In this document: piece after piece, positions 37,455 through 53,686 of the stretch
Layout of the letters: every line of letters starts with the position of its first letter
Numbering within the stretch: position 1 is the first letter of the stretch
Origin: Eledone cirrhosa
Lineage: Eukaryota
Direction: 5' to 3'
Length of the DNA: 64,000 nucleotides
Assembly (NCBI GenBank): GCA_964016885.1
Contig: OZ024755.1
Coordinates: forward strand, 29,202,001-29,266,000
Program-made: the position numbers and the translations under genes
Notes under the pieces: model-generated
The model's input: the letters and a program-made list of their open reading frames with translations, nothing else
Told to the model about the DNA's origin: nothing
Databases searched by the model: none

Positions 37455-38082
37455 AATTACTAAATACCAGAAGATTGAAAGACGAATTTCACTGTGATGG
37501 GATTCGAACTCAGGATTTAAAACGGAAAAATGGCGCAAAGTGTTTCGTCCTAAGCTTAAAATGTCTGCCAATCTACCACCGTAATCTAAACATTTTATGG
37601 TTACATAATACTTATAAGATATTATAAACGTAACTACATTATCTTCTTAATAAGATATATATTAAATATATATATATAACTGTATCTATGATAACAGCAC
37701 ACAAAGACACTAAGATACAGACAAAATGTGACAGTTAATTATGCTAGATATATATATATCAAATCTTTGTAGAGAAGGTGGTCTCATAATCTAAAGAGTC
37801 GAATTATGTATCTCAGTTGACATCATTTAATAAATATACGATACGTTTACGATATTCCAATTTTGCTTCATCCGTGTTATTACCAATATTTATCGTCACA
37901 CATATATCATTTTTATCTACAAGATTTATTACTCTTTTGCCTGTTCCAGCCATCCGGCTGAGGCCATGCTGGGGCACCACCCCAGTACATGAATAATATT
38001 TTATTTTTGTATGTTGTATTTCATACAACTTTCTCTTATATAACCGATGACAATATTATGCTATTAAGTAAATAAAGTTGTT

Positions 38083-38444
38083 TCCCAGTATTCGCGGGGG
38101 CTTACGTTCTCAGAGCACCCTAGAAGAGTGAACAACCACGTATATTGGACGTTGTCTATAAAAATGCCTATAAACGTCAAAATATAACGTAACATATAAT
38201 AATAATAAAAGGCGGGGGGGGGCGTCCAATAGGCCAGCAAATACAGAATATTGTTATTAATAATTTAGCATTAGAAATATATATATTGCGACGAAAAATC
38301 CATGAAATATAATCGCGGAAGATATTTACGATTCCGCGAATATGTGGTCGTTTCTACGAACAATTATTAGTAAGGTTCTAAAGAAAATTCCGCAAATAAG
38401 CGGGATCGCTAATGACGGGAGCGCGAATATCGGGGGTACAGTGT
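38083..38444. mobile_element. Tigger-like MITE
   Basis: CCC.GTATTCGCG / CGCGAATATCGGGGGTACAGTGTA inverted ends, internal CGCGAA/CGCAAAT motifs. Confidence 0.55.
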
Positions 38445-39255
38445 ATTTTGAAAATTGTCCCTTGTACCCTGATTATGTATGTTTTCTTGCTTTGTTAAAC
38501 TTAAATGCATTAATACATCTGGATAGTTGTCATGATGTTCTTTATATACATATTAATAAACTTCACAGGCTCTATTCGTGATTCAGTCATATTCCCATGC
38601 ACTTGTACACAATCAACAGCTACGCACATGCACCGTCTGCATATGAGGACACAATGAAACCTTTTGTATATATCTATATGAAAGAGAGGAGTAGACAATG
38701 ACAGGTCATATGAGACCTAGCGATGATTTAAACTATATTATATACTAGCTGAGGTACCTGGGTTCGTCCGAGAGAACAGTTAAGAGAAGACGGATGAAAG
38801 AGAAAACGACTGTATTGGATCTGTTGTCTGGTATGAGGTAAGATCATAATGTGTGTATGTGTGTGAGAGAGAGACATAAAAAAACAATCATGAAACTTCC
38901 TTATTAGGCTGGGGAGTAAACTGCCGATTAAATGCTGGCATTGGCCTTGGATTTTAAATGTTATGAAATAACCATAGTCAGTATGATCTGTTTCAGCTCC
39001 AAAGGACGTCATCTGAAACACAACAATATACCGCATAACATTGCTTCTGAAGTGTTTAGCTTCGTTAGTACGGACTGTAAGTAGTATGTGGATAAAAGCT
39101 GGAGGGTTGATTAAATTAAAATAGTATCAATTCTTCTCTGTTCTGTAAAATCAAAGACTGTAAAACTAATTTATAAACGCTAACGCAATATTGCTAAACC
39201 TTCAACTGATATACATTGATCTATACTTTAAGCCGATTCTAGACTTTTGTGGGAC

Positions 39256-39309
<54 letters not shown>

Positions 39310-40724
39310 CTCTCCACCCCTCCCTGAATATATAGCACTTTAATTGTATATCTCTCTGTATAACGGTCTATCTCTCTGTATAACGGTCTATCTCTCTTTC
39401 TTTCGGCTTCTCCCTCCGTGTCTCTCTCTCAATACTCATCTTTTTCCCTTTCTTTGATGGTTCTAAACCCCACTTTCTGGCTAAAATGTCTTTAGTAAAA
39501 TAAAAAAAATACGCTGAACGCTTCTATTTCTAATGTCAAACTCTCTCGCTGTTTCAAAAACATACTTACCTATACGATATATACTGTAATTATTTTACGT
39601 TTATTTTTCACTTAGTAAGATTATTTTCCACAGTTTATACATTTTCATGTTATTTTAAGAACCAGCTTTATTAGAACCCACGTTTCCATGAGAAATAGAA
39701 ACAATGATCCAAACTATGTTCCCAGTTTGTTTATAACAAATGGCAAACATAAATATTGATCGCATTTTAATATGTTGTAAGAATATATTCCATGCATACA
39801 CCTTTTCTGACTATAATTATCAAATAAATCATTAAAGAATAGTAAAACTTTATATGTCAGCATTATTTTGTCACACCAAATAAATCATCCCCAAATTTGC
39901 ATTTAGACGGTTTTATTTACCTACCAATGTGTAAAGCAAACATTAATTTCTGAAGCTTCTAATTGCAGCCTGAAACTACAACAGATGTGTCCCATCTACT
40001 GACTGTATGAATACAGATTCATGGATTCCAAAACGAAAATACAAATAAATAAAATCTGATTAAATATAAACTATAAAAATCTATAAATGAAAGCGAAACA
40101 ATACGCGATAATTTCACTAATGTTATTCTAGATCGGTGCCCGTAGTTGCTATCGCTTAATTATCAAGATCCTATCGAGTGCTTTATAGATGTTTCTACAA
40201 TGAATCTTGTCATCAGTAGTGATTCAGAGCAGAGGATATATGTAACCATACACCACGCTGATTTTACGCACTGCATGGTTTATCTTGTATGATTAGTTAA
40301 TTTCTAGTGGGAGTTTTGAAAGCAATAAGTTATCATCAGTGACATTCGTAATATCTTAAACCCATCGACACTGTATTTGCTAAAATGACCAAATTAATTC
40401 GATAACAACGAGTGAAGCCGAACAATGAATCAATAAGCGGAAACAAAAAGAAGTGAGACAAAAATAAACAGTATCGAAAAAATGTCAAAAGTGGAACTTC
40501 GTAAATCATTCTCACAACATTGTTTCATATTCATTGTATTTAGAATGATTTTTACTCTACTTTCGTTTAATTTCCAGCAATTTTATTGACAGGCGTAACA
40601 AAGTTTTGCTCATATGAAAATGTTATATATATATACGTATATATATGAACACAATATACAGTCCGGTGATTATATGTGTGTGTGTGTGTGTGTGTGTACA
40701 TATATATATAATAAAGAGTTACGT

Positions 40725-41122
40725 CATAGAGTTACGTCCCTTTACGTTCTGAGTTCAAATCCCACGGAGGTTAGCTTTGCTTTTCATCTTTACGGGGATG
40801 GATAAAATAAAGTACCAGTGATGCACTGGGTCTATTTAATCGACTTCCTATCCCCCTTCAAATGCTTGCCTTGTGCCAAAAGCAGGACCAATAATAATTA
40901 TTATTATTTATTACTTTTATTATTATGATATGATAGGGTGGTGAATTGACAGTATCGGTCGAGGGTCAGACGCCATGCTTTCTAGCATAGTTATGACCCT
41001 TTATGATCTGAGTTCAAATAACCGAGGTTAACTTTGCCTTTCATCCTTACGGGATCGATAAAATAAAGTACCAGTAATGCACTGGGGTAATTGCTGGCCT
41101 TGTGCCAAAAGTGGAAATAATT
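40725..41122 (+). mobile_element. Two SINE family 1 copies
   Basis: Long-tail truncated copy followed by a full short-tail copy. Confidence 0.85.
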
Positions 41123-42096
41123 ATTATGATAATATGAAGTCCAAGTAATGTATTACGAAATTAATTTCCATTCTAGTATGTAAAAAGACTACATTCCTTA
41201 CAAATATATTTGTATTTTTTTCTTCATAACATCAAATACCGAATGTTGCAAATTCAATGCTTCTCTCTTAAATATAGAAACATCATAGAATACCCAAACT
41301 GTTCGGAGCCATTTTACTCCATTACAGTCATGTACAATATACGACAGTATTCATAGTAAATATATTATCTTGTGGTGATTTAAAATAACATGATGTTTAT
41401 CACTTGTTTGTTTATCACCCGAAGCTAAAGAGAGATATTGGAGTAGTAACAAAACCTCAAAGAATTGAATGCACTATATCTAGTGGAAAACAGTTTCATA
41501 TTCTATACAGTCTAACTTATAAAGTTTTGAGATTCTTTTAGATATTTGGTATAATGATATACTCAAGACTATCTTACCCCGCCGCTTCTGCCCTGGACAA
41601 CAAATATATCATCAACAATAACAGCAATAATAACTACAAGAGCAGTAGCAAAGCCTGCATTTCTCTGTACAATTAATTTCTTAGAAAATAACTGAGATTG
41701 TGTGGCATTCAAAATCAACGTGTGAGAAAGACGAATGGGCTCCAGTGGATTTGATTAATCTGTGAAAATATTTAGTGGAAATAATAATCGGTCCAGCAAA
41801 AACCTTATTTACTACATGTTCTCTTCTTTTAGCAGCATAAACGCTGTGGTGTTAATAACACGAGATGATTTTCAAAGCTAAGTACATGTCCGTGTTATGT
41901 TTGTATGTACAAAATATTGGTTCTTGGTTAAAGAACACATGAAAATATGCCAGTTCTTCACAGATATGAATGTATGATGACATTTTCCACTTATACAATA
42001 CATCACATGCCTGAGTCCATACACGGACAAACAACAATTCACAAGATTAGTTTAGTTTCAGCCGAATATCTAAGCAGTCATTCCAGTTAGTCATAT

Positions 42097-42142
<46 letters not shown>

Positions 42143-42279
42143 AACCTTTAGTGAATAACGTTCCAATTTCCTCTCTTTGGGATAAAATTTCATATTACAG
42201 TCCAGTTTGCATTGTTTAGACTTCTATCTCTTTCAACGTTATATATTATATACAATGCTTCAAGCAAACTATAAAATCT

Positions 42280-42815
<536 letters not shown>

Positions 42816-43092
42816 TATATAACTTATAATAAATTGGAGTGAAAGCAACTGGTATTGTTATGCTTTGGGAGGGTCATGTTGCCAATAAGATACTTATTGG
42901 CAACATGACCCTCCCAAAGCATAACAATATCGGTTTCAACACACGTTTTCAGATAAAGAATCTTGCTAAACAAATTCAGAAACGATATATATATATTAAG
43001 GTACGTTTAGAACTTTCAACGTATAATAGCTAAAATTTACAGACATATCTTAATATGTCGAATATTTTCTCCAGTGTTGTATCGATTCTGTA

Positions 43093-43184
43093 ACATATCT
43101 GAGGAGCTTCTGATTCTAGAAGCAAGTTCAATCATTAATCGATGGTTTCCCGAGCTGATCAACAGTGAAACATATGTAATATGT
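43093..43184 (+). ncRNA. Hammerhead ribozyme with enlarged stem II region
   Basis: ACATAT-CTGAGGA-(61 nt, GCT...AGT)-GAAA-CATATG-TA-ATATGT; palindromic stem III, GUA site. Confidence 0.65.
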
Positions 43185-43331
43185 AATTAAATATATGATT
43201 TAATATGTAATTAAATATATGATACATATATTAATATATATCTTAAAATAACAGGTTAAAGTTTAAGCAAAGAAGCTGCTTTCACCTTTATCGAGCCCTC
43301 TTTGGATTTTAGTCTTCATATTTATTATTAT

Positions 43332-43402
<71 letters not shown>

Positions 43403-46094
43403 TACAAGTGGAGGTTTAGTAAAATCGAAGCATTAGCTGTGGGCAAACAAAGTCGACCTACAATAGGAATGAGTTAGTAAAGTACTCAATAAGGGTATGT
43501 CCTTAGAGTAATAACATACGTGTAAATAGCTTGACAAATTGAACATTGCGGTAGGCAAAACCTAACCACACAATACCAAAGTAACGAAAAAACTAAAAGA
43601 AAAACGAGATGTCCTACACGACTGCTATATAAACAGTATAAGTTTCTGTGGCTATGAAGAGCAAAGTTTTTAACTCAACACATTGCACCACGGCAGAGTG
43701 TTTTCTCATATAACTTTGGGCTGAGCGATGTTATCTGAGTATACGGCTGTATACTGTCAAATGATTTATATTTTCATGTGTGAAAACTTAATCCCTGCCC
43801 CGATTTTATATCAGTGTTTGATCATTTGGTGCCTTGCTGTTCCCTATTATCGCAAACATTTGAACAAAGGATAAATCTTGAAAGAAGAGTTATTCCTCCC
43901 TTTCTCATATCATTTTTGTTGAACTTGCAAATATGACATGGGTACAACAATTCTTCCATAGATTAAGTAATTAAGCACATTAAATTAAAAGATCTTTATC
44001 TTTCTTCTCGTGTTACTTTGGATTTACGTTTTCTGAAACCAAGGCAATATATGATTTAAGAGTTTCAAAACATTATATTGTACCAATTGGATTTTGATTT
44101 GTAAAGATAGGATTAAATGTAAATACGCACATTTATGCTTTATTGAAATAAATCCTATATCATAAAATGAAGCATGTTGTCATACTGTCTGCCTATACAA
44201 AGTGAATGAGGATTATAACATAAAAAGAGGGTATTGGTGATATTTACTGATTACATGGCAATTGAAAAGTCACACTAAACCGCATATAATTTGAGGTGGT
44301 TTCCCAGGCGCCAGCATGAAATGAAATATATTTTTAAAAAAGGCAGATTATACATTTGAACAAGATAAGCAGACTCCACTACACAATCCTCTATCTGGAC
44401 GTCTGTTGATTCAAATAAAACATTAGGGAAATCGCAAAATTCCGTATAGAAATCAATGACTATTTTTTTTTATTTAAATATTTTGTTTTTCTTGCGTCTA
44501 TTATTGACATTTCGATAATTTCAAAATGGATTTTTACATAATTCAAATTTCAATATTGGTTTGATGTTGTCTAGGATTCCTTTCCGGTAATATGAAAACT
44601 ATTAAAATCGTTACTAACTCCCCAATGATTCCTATCGCTTGAATCCCATATCAATATAAATATTAATACGGTATATTTAAATATTTATTAAAATTAATTT
44701 TAAATATCTTAATTATGTTTCGGATCTATTAGCATCTTAATGATTGTCATTGATTGCCATTCCTGGGTTTCGGTTCATCAATAAATGGACAGAAATGGGT
44801 TTTTATTGTTGTTTTTCTATATGAATATTATACAAACAATTTGCTATTTATACCCACATCAACACTAATCAAGCAATCCGGTATTAACTCTCAGTTTCAG
44901 CAATTCTCTAAGTGCAGTGTAAACCACAATATGTAACTTTTGTTTCCTTTTGGTGCGACAACTAAAAGCTCTGGATAATATTGGATCGTCAAGCATGAAA
45001 TTTGTAGAGATTTCTTCTTTTTCTACATTTTCCTACAAATTTCATACTTTATGACCCCATATTATGGTTCTAGAAAATAACTGTTTTCTTCGACAGGTAA
45101 ATAATTTCCCTTCACAGACATTCGAAATGACACACTCTTTGTTTACAACTGGATTCATACAGACCAGAATCTGAATAAATTTGATTTGACAGTGATTAAT
45201 TTATTGAAACACAAGACTGAAAGCATTGTCGAAAACTAAGAGTTTTTAATTCAGGAAATAAAAGAAAGTAATAAATACAAGAACCAATTACGTCCGGTGT
45301 TCCTCCTATACTGCTACCCACTGGTTTTCATCCGGTACAGAAATTAAACAGTGAGTTACAAATGAGGAAATATATATATATGCTGTCGTGCTACAGTTTA
45401 AACGGTTGATGACTTATATATGCTCAATAATTAGTGCATTGCAGTACGTTTGCCAATGCTCTGAGCTTTGGGGGTAAACTTTGCCTTCTCCGTGTGAGAT
45501 TGATAAAGAAGTTACCAGTCTAAGATGTTAGATTGGCGAAATATTTTGAGTGTCCTGTGGTATAATTTACTTTGAGCTCGGACGGCAATGTTTCAGATGA
45601 TACAGTCGACGTTCCCCTAGAAAAAAAAAACATTACTCAAGCTTGTGCATTAGGGTGGGTCTTTCCAGATACAGATTCATAGTAGCACGTTACACCCGGA
45701 ATCACCAAGCTTAGCTAGAGGCAAAAGCATGGATACACATTACCATAGAAGGCTGTGGCATTCGCCGTTTACATTCCGTTGTCCATCCTGGCTCACTTTC
45801 TTCACAGTTCTTCATCAACCATTAATATATTCACCAGAAAATTACCCTGGACGATATGTTTATACTCAGAGAAACATTGGTATCCTTGTGTCTATGCGAG
45901 AAACAAATATTTATTTAGCTCGAAATATGCAGAACAACGTCGAAGCCTTACGTCTATAACTATTGTGCTTTATTCAATGTGTTATTTATGAGATATAAAT
46001 ATTGAACCTCAATCCTGTTACACGACCAACTGTAAGTAGCATTCATATATCTTTCAAATCATAGTCCATCTTCTTAACATTTACTCTCCGAATA

Positions 46095-46280
46095 TAATTG
46101 TTTCTACTTTAGGCACAAGGCCAGCAATTACCCAGTACATTACTGGTACTTTATTTTATCGACCCCGTAAGGATGAAAGACAAAATTAACCTCGGCGGGA
46201 TTTGAATTCAGACTGTAAAGGGACGTAACTATGCTAGAAAGCATGGCGTCCAATTCTCTACCGATACTGCCAATTCACAA
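46095..46280 (-). mobile_element. SINE family 1
   Basis: Full length, flanks share CCGAATATAAT. Confidence 0.88.
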
Positions 46281-46405
46281 TGCCGAATATAATTCACTCT
46301 CCGAATATAATACAGTATATACATGGCTGCAACATCTTTCAGTATATATTTGATCTATCAGTACTGACCGTTAGCTAAATAATTATACAAACCATCGCTC
46401 TAGAC

Positions 46406-46695
46406 CAGTCATGGGCAACCTGCGGCCCGAGAACCTTTCTGAATGGTTCACCTAAGTCACCCAAGTTAAATATTTCTGATTTTTTTTACCCCAACTTTTC
46501 AGTCGTAATTTATCTTTCAACCATTTTTACGATCGACGAAAAGAACGTGTACGAATTCTGAAGGAACAAATCAAAACAACCTGAGTTACGCGCTTTTTTT
46601 TAATGTGAGCACGAAAGGAAATTAGCGCTTGCGGCCCGCCTGATGATGAGTCATATCTCATGCGGCCCGCTTCTCGAAAAGGTTGCCCATGCCTG
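46406..46695. mobile_element. hAT (Charlie-like) MITE
   Basis: TIRs CAGTCATGGGCAACCT / AGGTTGCCCATGCCTG, three TGCGGCCCG motifs, TCTAGA target on the left. Confidence 0.8.
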
Positions 46696-46876
46696 CTAGT
46701 TATGAACATACTATTTCTCTGGGTTTTAAAAATTAAATAAGGGATCATATCCATTTAAAAACAATCAATTTGAATAAAGTATTTTAGTTAGAAATGCTGT
46801 ATTATTGATGAACAAACTAATAGATCGTGACGTATTTTTTAGTTGAAGACATCCCACTTCATTATATTGGTAATAC

Positions 46877-47063
46877 GGTGGATTGGCAGTATCGGTAGAG
46901 GGTCGGACGCCATGCTTTGACGCATAGAGTTACGGCCCTTGCCATTCTGAGTTCAAATCCTGCCGAGGTTAAATTTGCCTTTCATCCTTACGAGGTTGAT
47001 AAAATAAAGTACCAGTAATACACTGGGTAATTGCTGGCCTTGTGCCAAAAGTAGAAACAATTA
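46877..47063 (+). mobile_element. SINE family 1
   Basis: Full length, TSD ATTATATTGGTAATAC. Confidence 0.9.
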
Positions 47064-48119
47064 TATTGGTAATACAGATGATTAGGAAATTAATGGCTCA
47101 CACACCTTTTCTTTTTTCCTATAAATCTTGCTCCTCCCAAGTCGAAAGAGACTATAATTCCATTGCAATTTAAAATAACAAAAACCCGTTTAATTTATTG
47201 TTCCCAGGTGTAAATTAAACATTCGAGATGACAACTAAAACAATGAATGTGAAACAAAAAATTAGTCAAAGAGTACAATTGATCCGCATTATTGGTCACA
47301 TAAAAAGCATAAATATGCGTTTCTTCTTTCTTTAAAAATAATTCTCCTGAGATATTCACAGATTTGCACTGCCAGAATCAACTCGGAAAATGTTTCCGAA
47401 AAGCAAATATCAAAAAATGAATTATTAGAAATATCAAATCCAACAACTTCTCAAGCATAAAATAGAGTATGGCTTATGAGTGATGAGGTTATTTACGATA
47501 TACGCCAATTAGATATCATTAACAGCATTGGCGTCAAATTGAAAAAAAAAAAAAAAATCCTATATTCTCAGTTAAATCGTTCAGAGTTCGTATTCTCCTA
47601 CTGACGTTTCACTCTCTCCAGAAAGACATGTTCGACATGGCATCAAATAATTGGTTTCAAAATAGAAAGGTTATGGCTTTATTGATATGACAGCTTATAA
47701 ACACTGGCTTCGTGGATATATGATATTAAAAAAATGCAACAGTGGTGAATCAGTCGCTTCTTTTTACCAATTCCGAGTGAATGTATACAGGACAATATCC
47801 AACATTTCCTTTCTTATTTTAAAAGCGTAGAGCACTCTATAAGAAATTATTGTAAAAATGTGGCTATTTGGAGGATCTTTTGTTTGCTACCCGTGAAAAG
47901 TTTTGATTTTGGTTTACCTTCTGGGGTCTATAGGTGTGGGTTGGGATCAATCGTGACGTGTATTCATTTAATGAAATAAATATGAAAAATGTTTATTTCG
48001 TCGGATTAAAGAAAAACTTTAAATACATTCATGTGCTTTTGCACATTTATTTTACCCAATATTCTTTAATTTATATGGAACTTTAGACCCACTTCAACTA
48101 CCAACACACATAGCCTCCC

Positions 48120-48155
<36 letters not shown>

Positions 48156-48199
48156 ATAATATATATATATATATATATATGATGTTAAATATATATATG

Positions 48200-48253
<54 letters not shown>

Positions 48254-48255
<2 letters not shown>

Positions 48256-48353
48256 AACCAGTAAGACCCCGACAGCTGAACTCAAGCCGTTTCGACGGCT
48301 AATTCTGGACTAAAATTCTCTTACCACTCAGCCACGCGCCTTCATATATATAG

Positions 48354-48439
<86 letters not shown>

Positions 48440-48669
48440 TAACAGATAAGAGTTTAAGCAAAGAATCGCTGCTTTCACCCTTAACGGGATTATTATTATT
48501 GTTGTTACTATATATATATACTATATATATTTAGTCCAGAATTAGCCGTCGAAACGGCTGGAGCTCAGCTGTCGGGGTCTTACTGGTTCCTATTACCCAC
48601 TCTACTACCTCAAGTATTGAGTACTTTGGTGCGTTATGGTCCACCTGGTTCCTTACCACATTTCCTTCG

Positions 48670-48670
<1 letters not shown>
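48254..48670 (+). mobile_element. Fold-back element, family A, with ~200-bp captured insert at its centre
   Basis: Arms ...CTGGACTAAA and TTTAGTCCAG... separated by an inverted copy of 49630-49832. Confidence 0.75.
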
Positions 48671-48728
<58 letters not shown>

Positions 48729-49063
48729 TTTATATATATATATATGATATCATATATATGTATATATGATATTATATATATATATATATGATATAATATA
48801 TATATATATATATGATATAATATATATATATATATGATATAATATATATATATATATGATATAATATATATATATATATATGATATAATATATATATATA
48901 TATGATATAATATATATATATATATGATATAATATATATATATATATGATATAATATATATATATATATGATATAATATATATATATATATGATATAATA
49001 TATATATATATATGATATAATATATATACATGATATAATATATATATATATATATATGATATA

Positions 49064-49095
<32 letters not shown>

Positions 49096-49105
49096 TATAT
49101 ATATG

Positions 49106-49151
<46 letters not shown>

Positions 49152-49176
49152 ATATATATGATATTATATATATATG

Positions 49177-49223
<47 letters not shown>

Positions 49224-49400
49224 AGCATATATATATATATATGATATAATATATATATATATGTATAATATATATATATGATATTAAATATATATAATAT
49301 AATATATATATGATATTATATATATATATATATATATATATGATATTAAATGTATATAATATATATATATATATATATATGATATATGATATATGATATA

Positions 49401-49437
<37 letters not shown>

Positions 49438-49603
49438 ATTATATATATATATATATGATATTATATATATATATATATGATATAATATATATATATATGA
49501 TATAATATATATATATATGATATAATATATATATATATATATATATATGCTATTATATATATATATATGTATATGCTATTATATATATATATATATGTAT
49601 ATG

Positions 49604-49640
<37 letters not shown>
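48671..49640. repeat. Long interrupted (TA)n tract with TGATATAA periodicity
   Basis: ~970 bp, roughly 22-26-bp secondary period. Confidence 0.95.
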
Positions 49641-49642
<2 letters not shown>

Positions 49643-49708
49643 ACAACAATAATAATAATCCCGTTAAGGGTGAAAGCAGCGATTCTTTGCTTAAACTCTT
49701 ATCTGTTA

Positions 49709-49794
<86 letters not shown>

Positions 49795-49806
49795 ATATAT
49801 ATATGA

Positions 49807-50021
49807 AGGCGCGTGGCTGAGTGGTAAGAGAATTGGAATCGCAATCGTGAGGTTGTGAGTTCGATTCCCGGACAGGTGATGCGTTATGTCCTTGAGCAAG
49901 ATACTTTATTTCACGTTGCTCCTTCAACCTGGAGCTGCGCCCGATAGATAGTATTAGCAATTAGAAAGACCAACAGAAACATTGTTTCCTCGGTCTGATT
50001 TGACGAAAGTCGATCCACTGA

Positions 50022-50025
<4 letters not shown>
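49807..50025 (+). mobile_element. tRNA-derived SINE, family B (full length)
   Basis: A box TGGCTGAGTGG, B box GAGTTCGATTCC, core TCCTTGAGCAAGATACT, tail ending in (TA)n. Confidence 0.85.
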
Positions 50026-50057
<32 letters not shown>

Positions 50058-50099
50058 ATATACATTTTATATATAATATAATATATATATATATATAAT

Positions 50100-50275
50100 A
50101 TAATTTATTCTACTTTTGGCAGAGCAATTACAACAGTACATTACTGGTACTTTATTTTATCGACCCCGTAAGGATGAAAGGCAAAGTTAACCTCGACAGG
50201 ATTTGAACTCAGAATGGAAAGGACCGTATGGGTCAAAGCATGGCGTCCGACCCTCTACCGATACTGCCAATCCAC
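50100..50275 (-). mobile_element. SINE family 1
   Basis: Consensus match inside a TA-rich tract. Confidence 0.8.
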
Positions 50276-50279
50276 GGAT

Positions 50280-51605
<1,326 letters not shown>

Positions 51606-53686
51606 GTCTTTTATTTTATTCACTCTTGTGTCGCCATTTATGTAATCGGCAAACTTGTGTGTTTATCTTTATGTTTTAATCGTCTCCTTTAAATTTACAC
51701 TGATTTTGTTTTCTCTTTGAAGACAACAGTAAATCTGTTGACGCGTAGTAAAATAGTTCATTAATTCTGTTTTACTATTGTAAACTTCAATATATTATTG
51801 CAACAAATATAGTTAATTTTGCTAACACATAAAATGCAAATAAACTTAAAGAGAAATTCTCATACAATTTTTTTCTCTAATCATATCAAAATATGTTTTT
51901 GTCTTTTCAATTGAAGCTGGATGTTAATTAAAGTTTGATAACAAAATATAATTATTAAAGTATATTTGAGAATTTAAAAGATAAAAATAAGATGTTCTGT
52001 AACAGCGGTAATATGGAACTTAATGCAAAGTTATATAATATATCCAGTACAATTGAATTGGTGTAGACCCCCGTCGGTTTCGAGGATATATGTTAGAGTA
52101 ATTCAATTAAAGGAACAGTCTGTACAAGATATTAACATGTAAGTGGTACAGTACAAAGACTTGTACTCTTAAGGTTATTCTCAGATAGATTTAGCGTAAG
52201 CACGTACTGTCTATTCGACTGTCTTTCAAACAATTTCCATTCATTCAATTTCACTTTGTAGATATGCCCAATGCTGAAACACCCCTACACGGCATTGGAC
52301 TTGGCAGAGTTTAATGAGAAAGGACAGCAATGTGTTCAGCTATGGCGGAACCACATCTAACCAAGTTTTGTAGCCGACATTCTTGTAGAAACGATAGGAA
52401 AGAAGTTGAACTTTGCAGATGTAGGTAGAAACTAGAATATGTTAAAAGTCACCTTCCGAAGATGCCATGCAGTGGGAATTAACCCACTGCATAAGGACTT
52501 CGGAGAGTCATCATGTTGCTTCCAGTTTAGAGATTGAGAAACATTACGCATTTATATATCAGAAAAAACATATGCGATGTAGGGTAGGTCTCAACATATG
52601 AATACATGCTCTTCAAAACAGTGTTACAAATAGGTGAATTTTCAGATTATATAGCTGTGAGTTATTGTCGATAGTACAAGAATATGGCGATAAAGAAAAC
52701 AAGCAACATGCAGGAGATGCATTTTGTTGGTTTGAAATCGTTGCGAAACGACCGGAAACAATCTCCGCCATATTTCAGAATCAATTGTTTAATGCTATTC
52801 TGCTTTTCTGATATTTTCTAGCAGGTATTGATAATATCATGGCTAATCTATTAGATGTGACATTACCGGTCTGTTGGAAAGTTTTTACAGTTGGTCGAGT
52901 TTGTCATTAGATGTTTTTTTTTCTTACTAGTATACACTCACTGTGTATTGTAATTAGGATCGTAATATTTCAACTGGTTCATTAGACGTGGAGGCTTGCA
53001 GAGAATGATGTCTAAAATGAATACGATTTAACGGAAGATTTTATCTCTAAAAGGAAAGAGGAAACGTGAAAGAGACGAAATTTGGAACGAGATAAATACA
53101 ATGTCAGGCAAATTATAAATTTGTTGATCGTATGTTAGATTCTCTGTAAACTTTTCTATACTAAAACACAATCTATTTATTTTTTATTTAATATCTCGTT
53201 GGGCATTAATTGGCAGAAGCTCACACTTCTGATCTTACTAAATATCTTAAAAATTGATGTATGTATGTACAACCGTAAGGAGGTAGATTTCTCTGGGCTT
53301 TGAAAAATAGTTCATTAGAAATTGATTGTATATCAGAATAACTGTTTAATTACGGATACGGTTGAATTTGTCCGTGAATTTACAACCGAAAGTCAATGAT
53401 TGAAATGCTCGAAAATGATAAAGCTTCGATACGGTAATTATTGCCTGATTGTTTTTTTTTATGCTTCGAACTGACAATGGATAATAAGTATCAAGAGAAT
53501 TTACACAAATTGTTTCGGTTCCTATGCGTCCATTCATGCGCTGAGTTCGATTTTATTTCTACATTCGAGTTTACACATTAATTATAAATAATTGATATAA
53601 TCTGTGTTACCACCAATCAAACCTTTGGGAATTATGACTGTAGCAGAAAGCTCTGCCTAAATGCTACATTCAATCCGAAATACATT

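Noticed and set aside
40185-40222. Minus-strand CTGATGA...GAAAC motif
   Set aside because: No pairing for stems I or III
43600-43660. Minus-strand GAAACT...AGTC as a hammerhead
   Set aside because: Only a possible 3' half; no CTGANGA or stem I partner found
49807-49875. tRNA gene
   Set aside because: tRNA-like head continues into a SINE core and tail present in several copies
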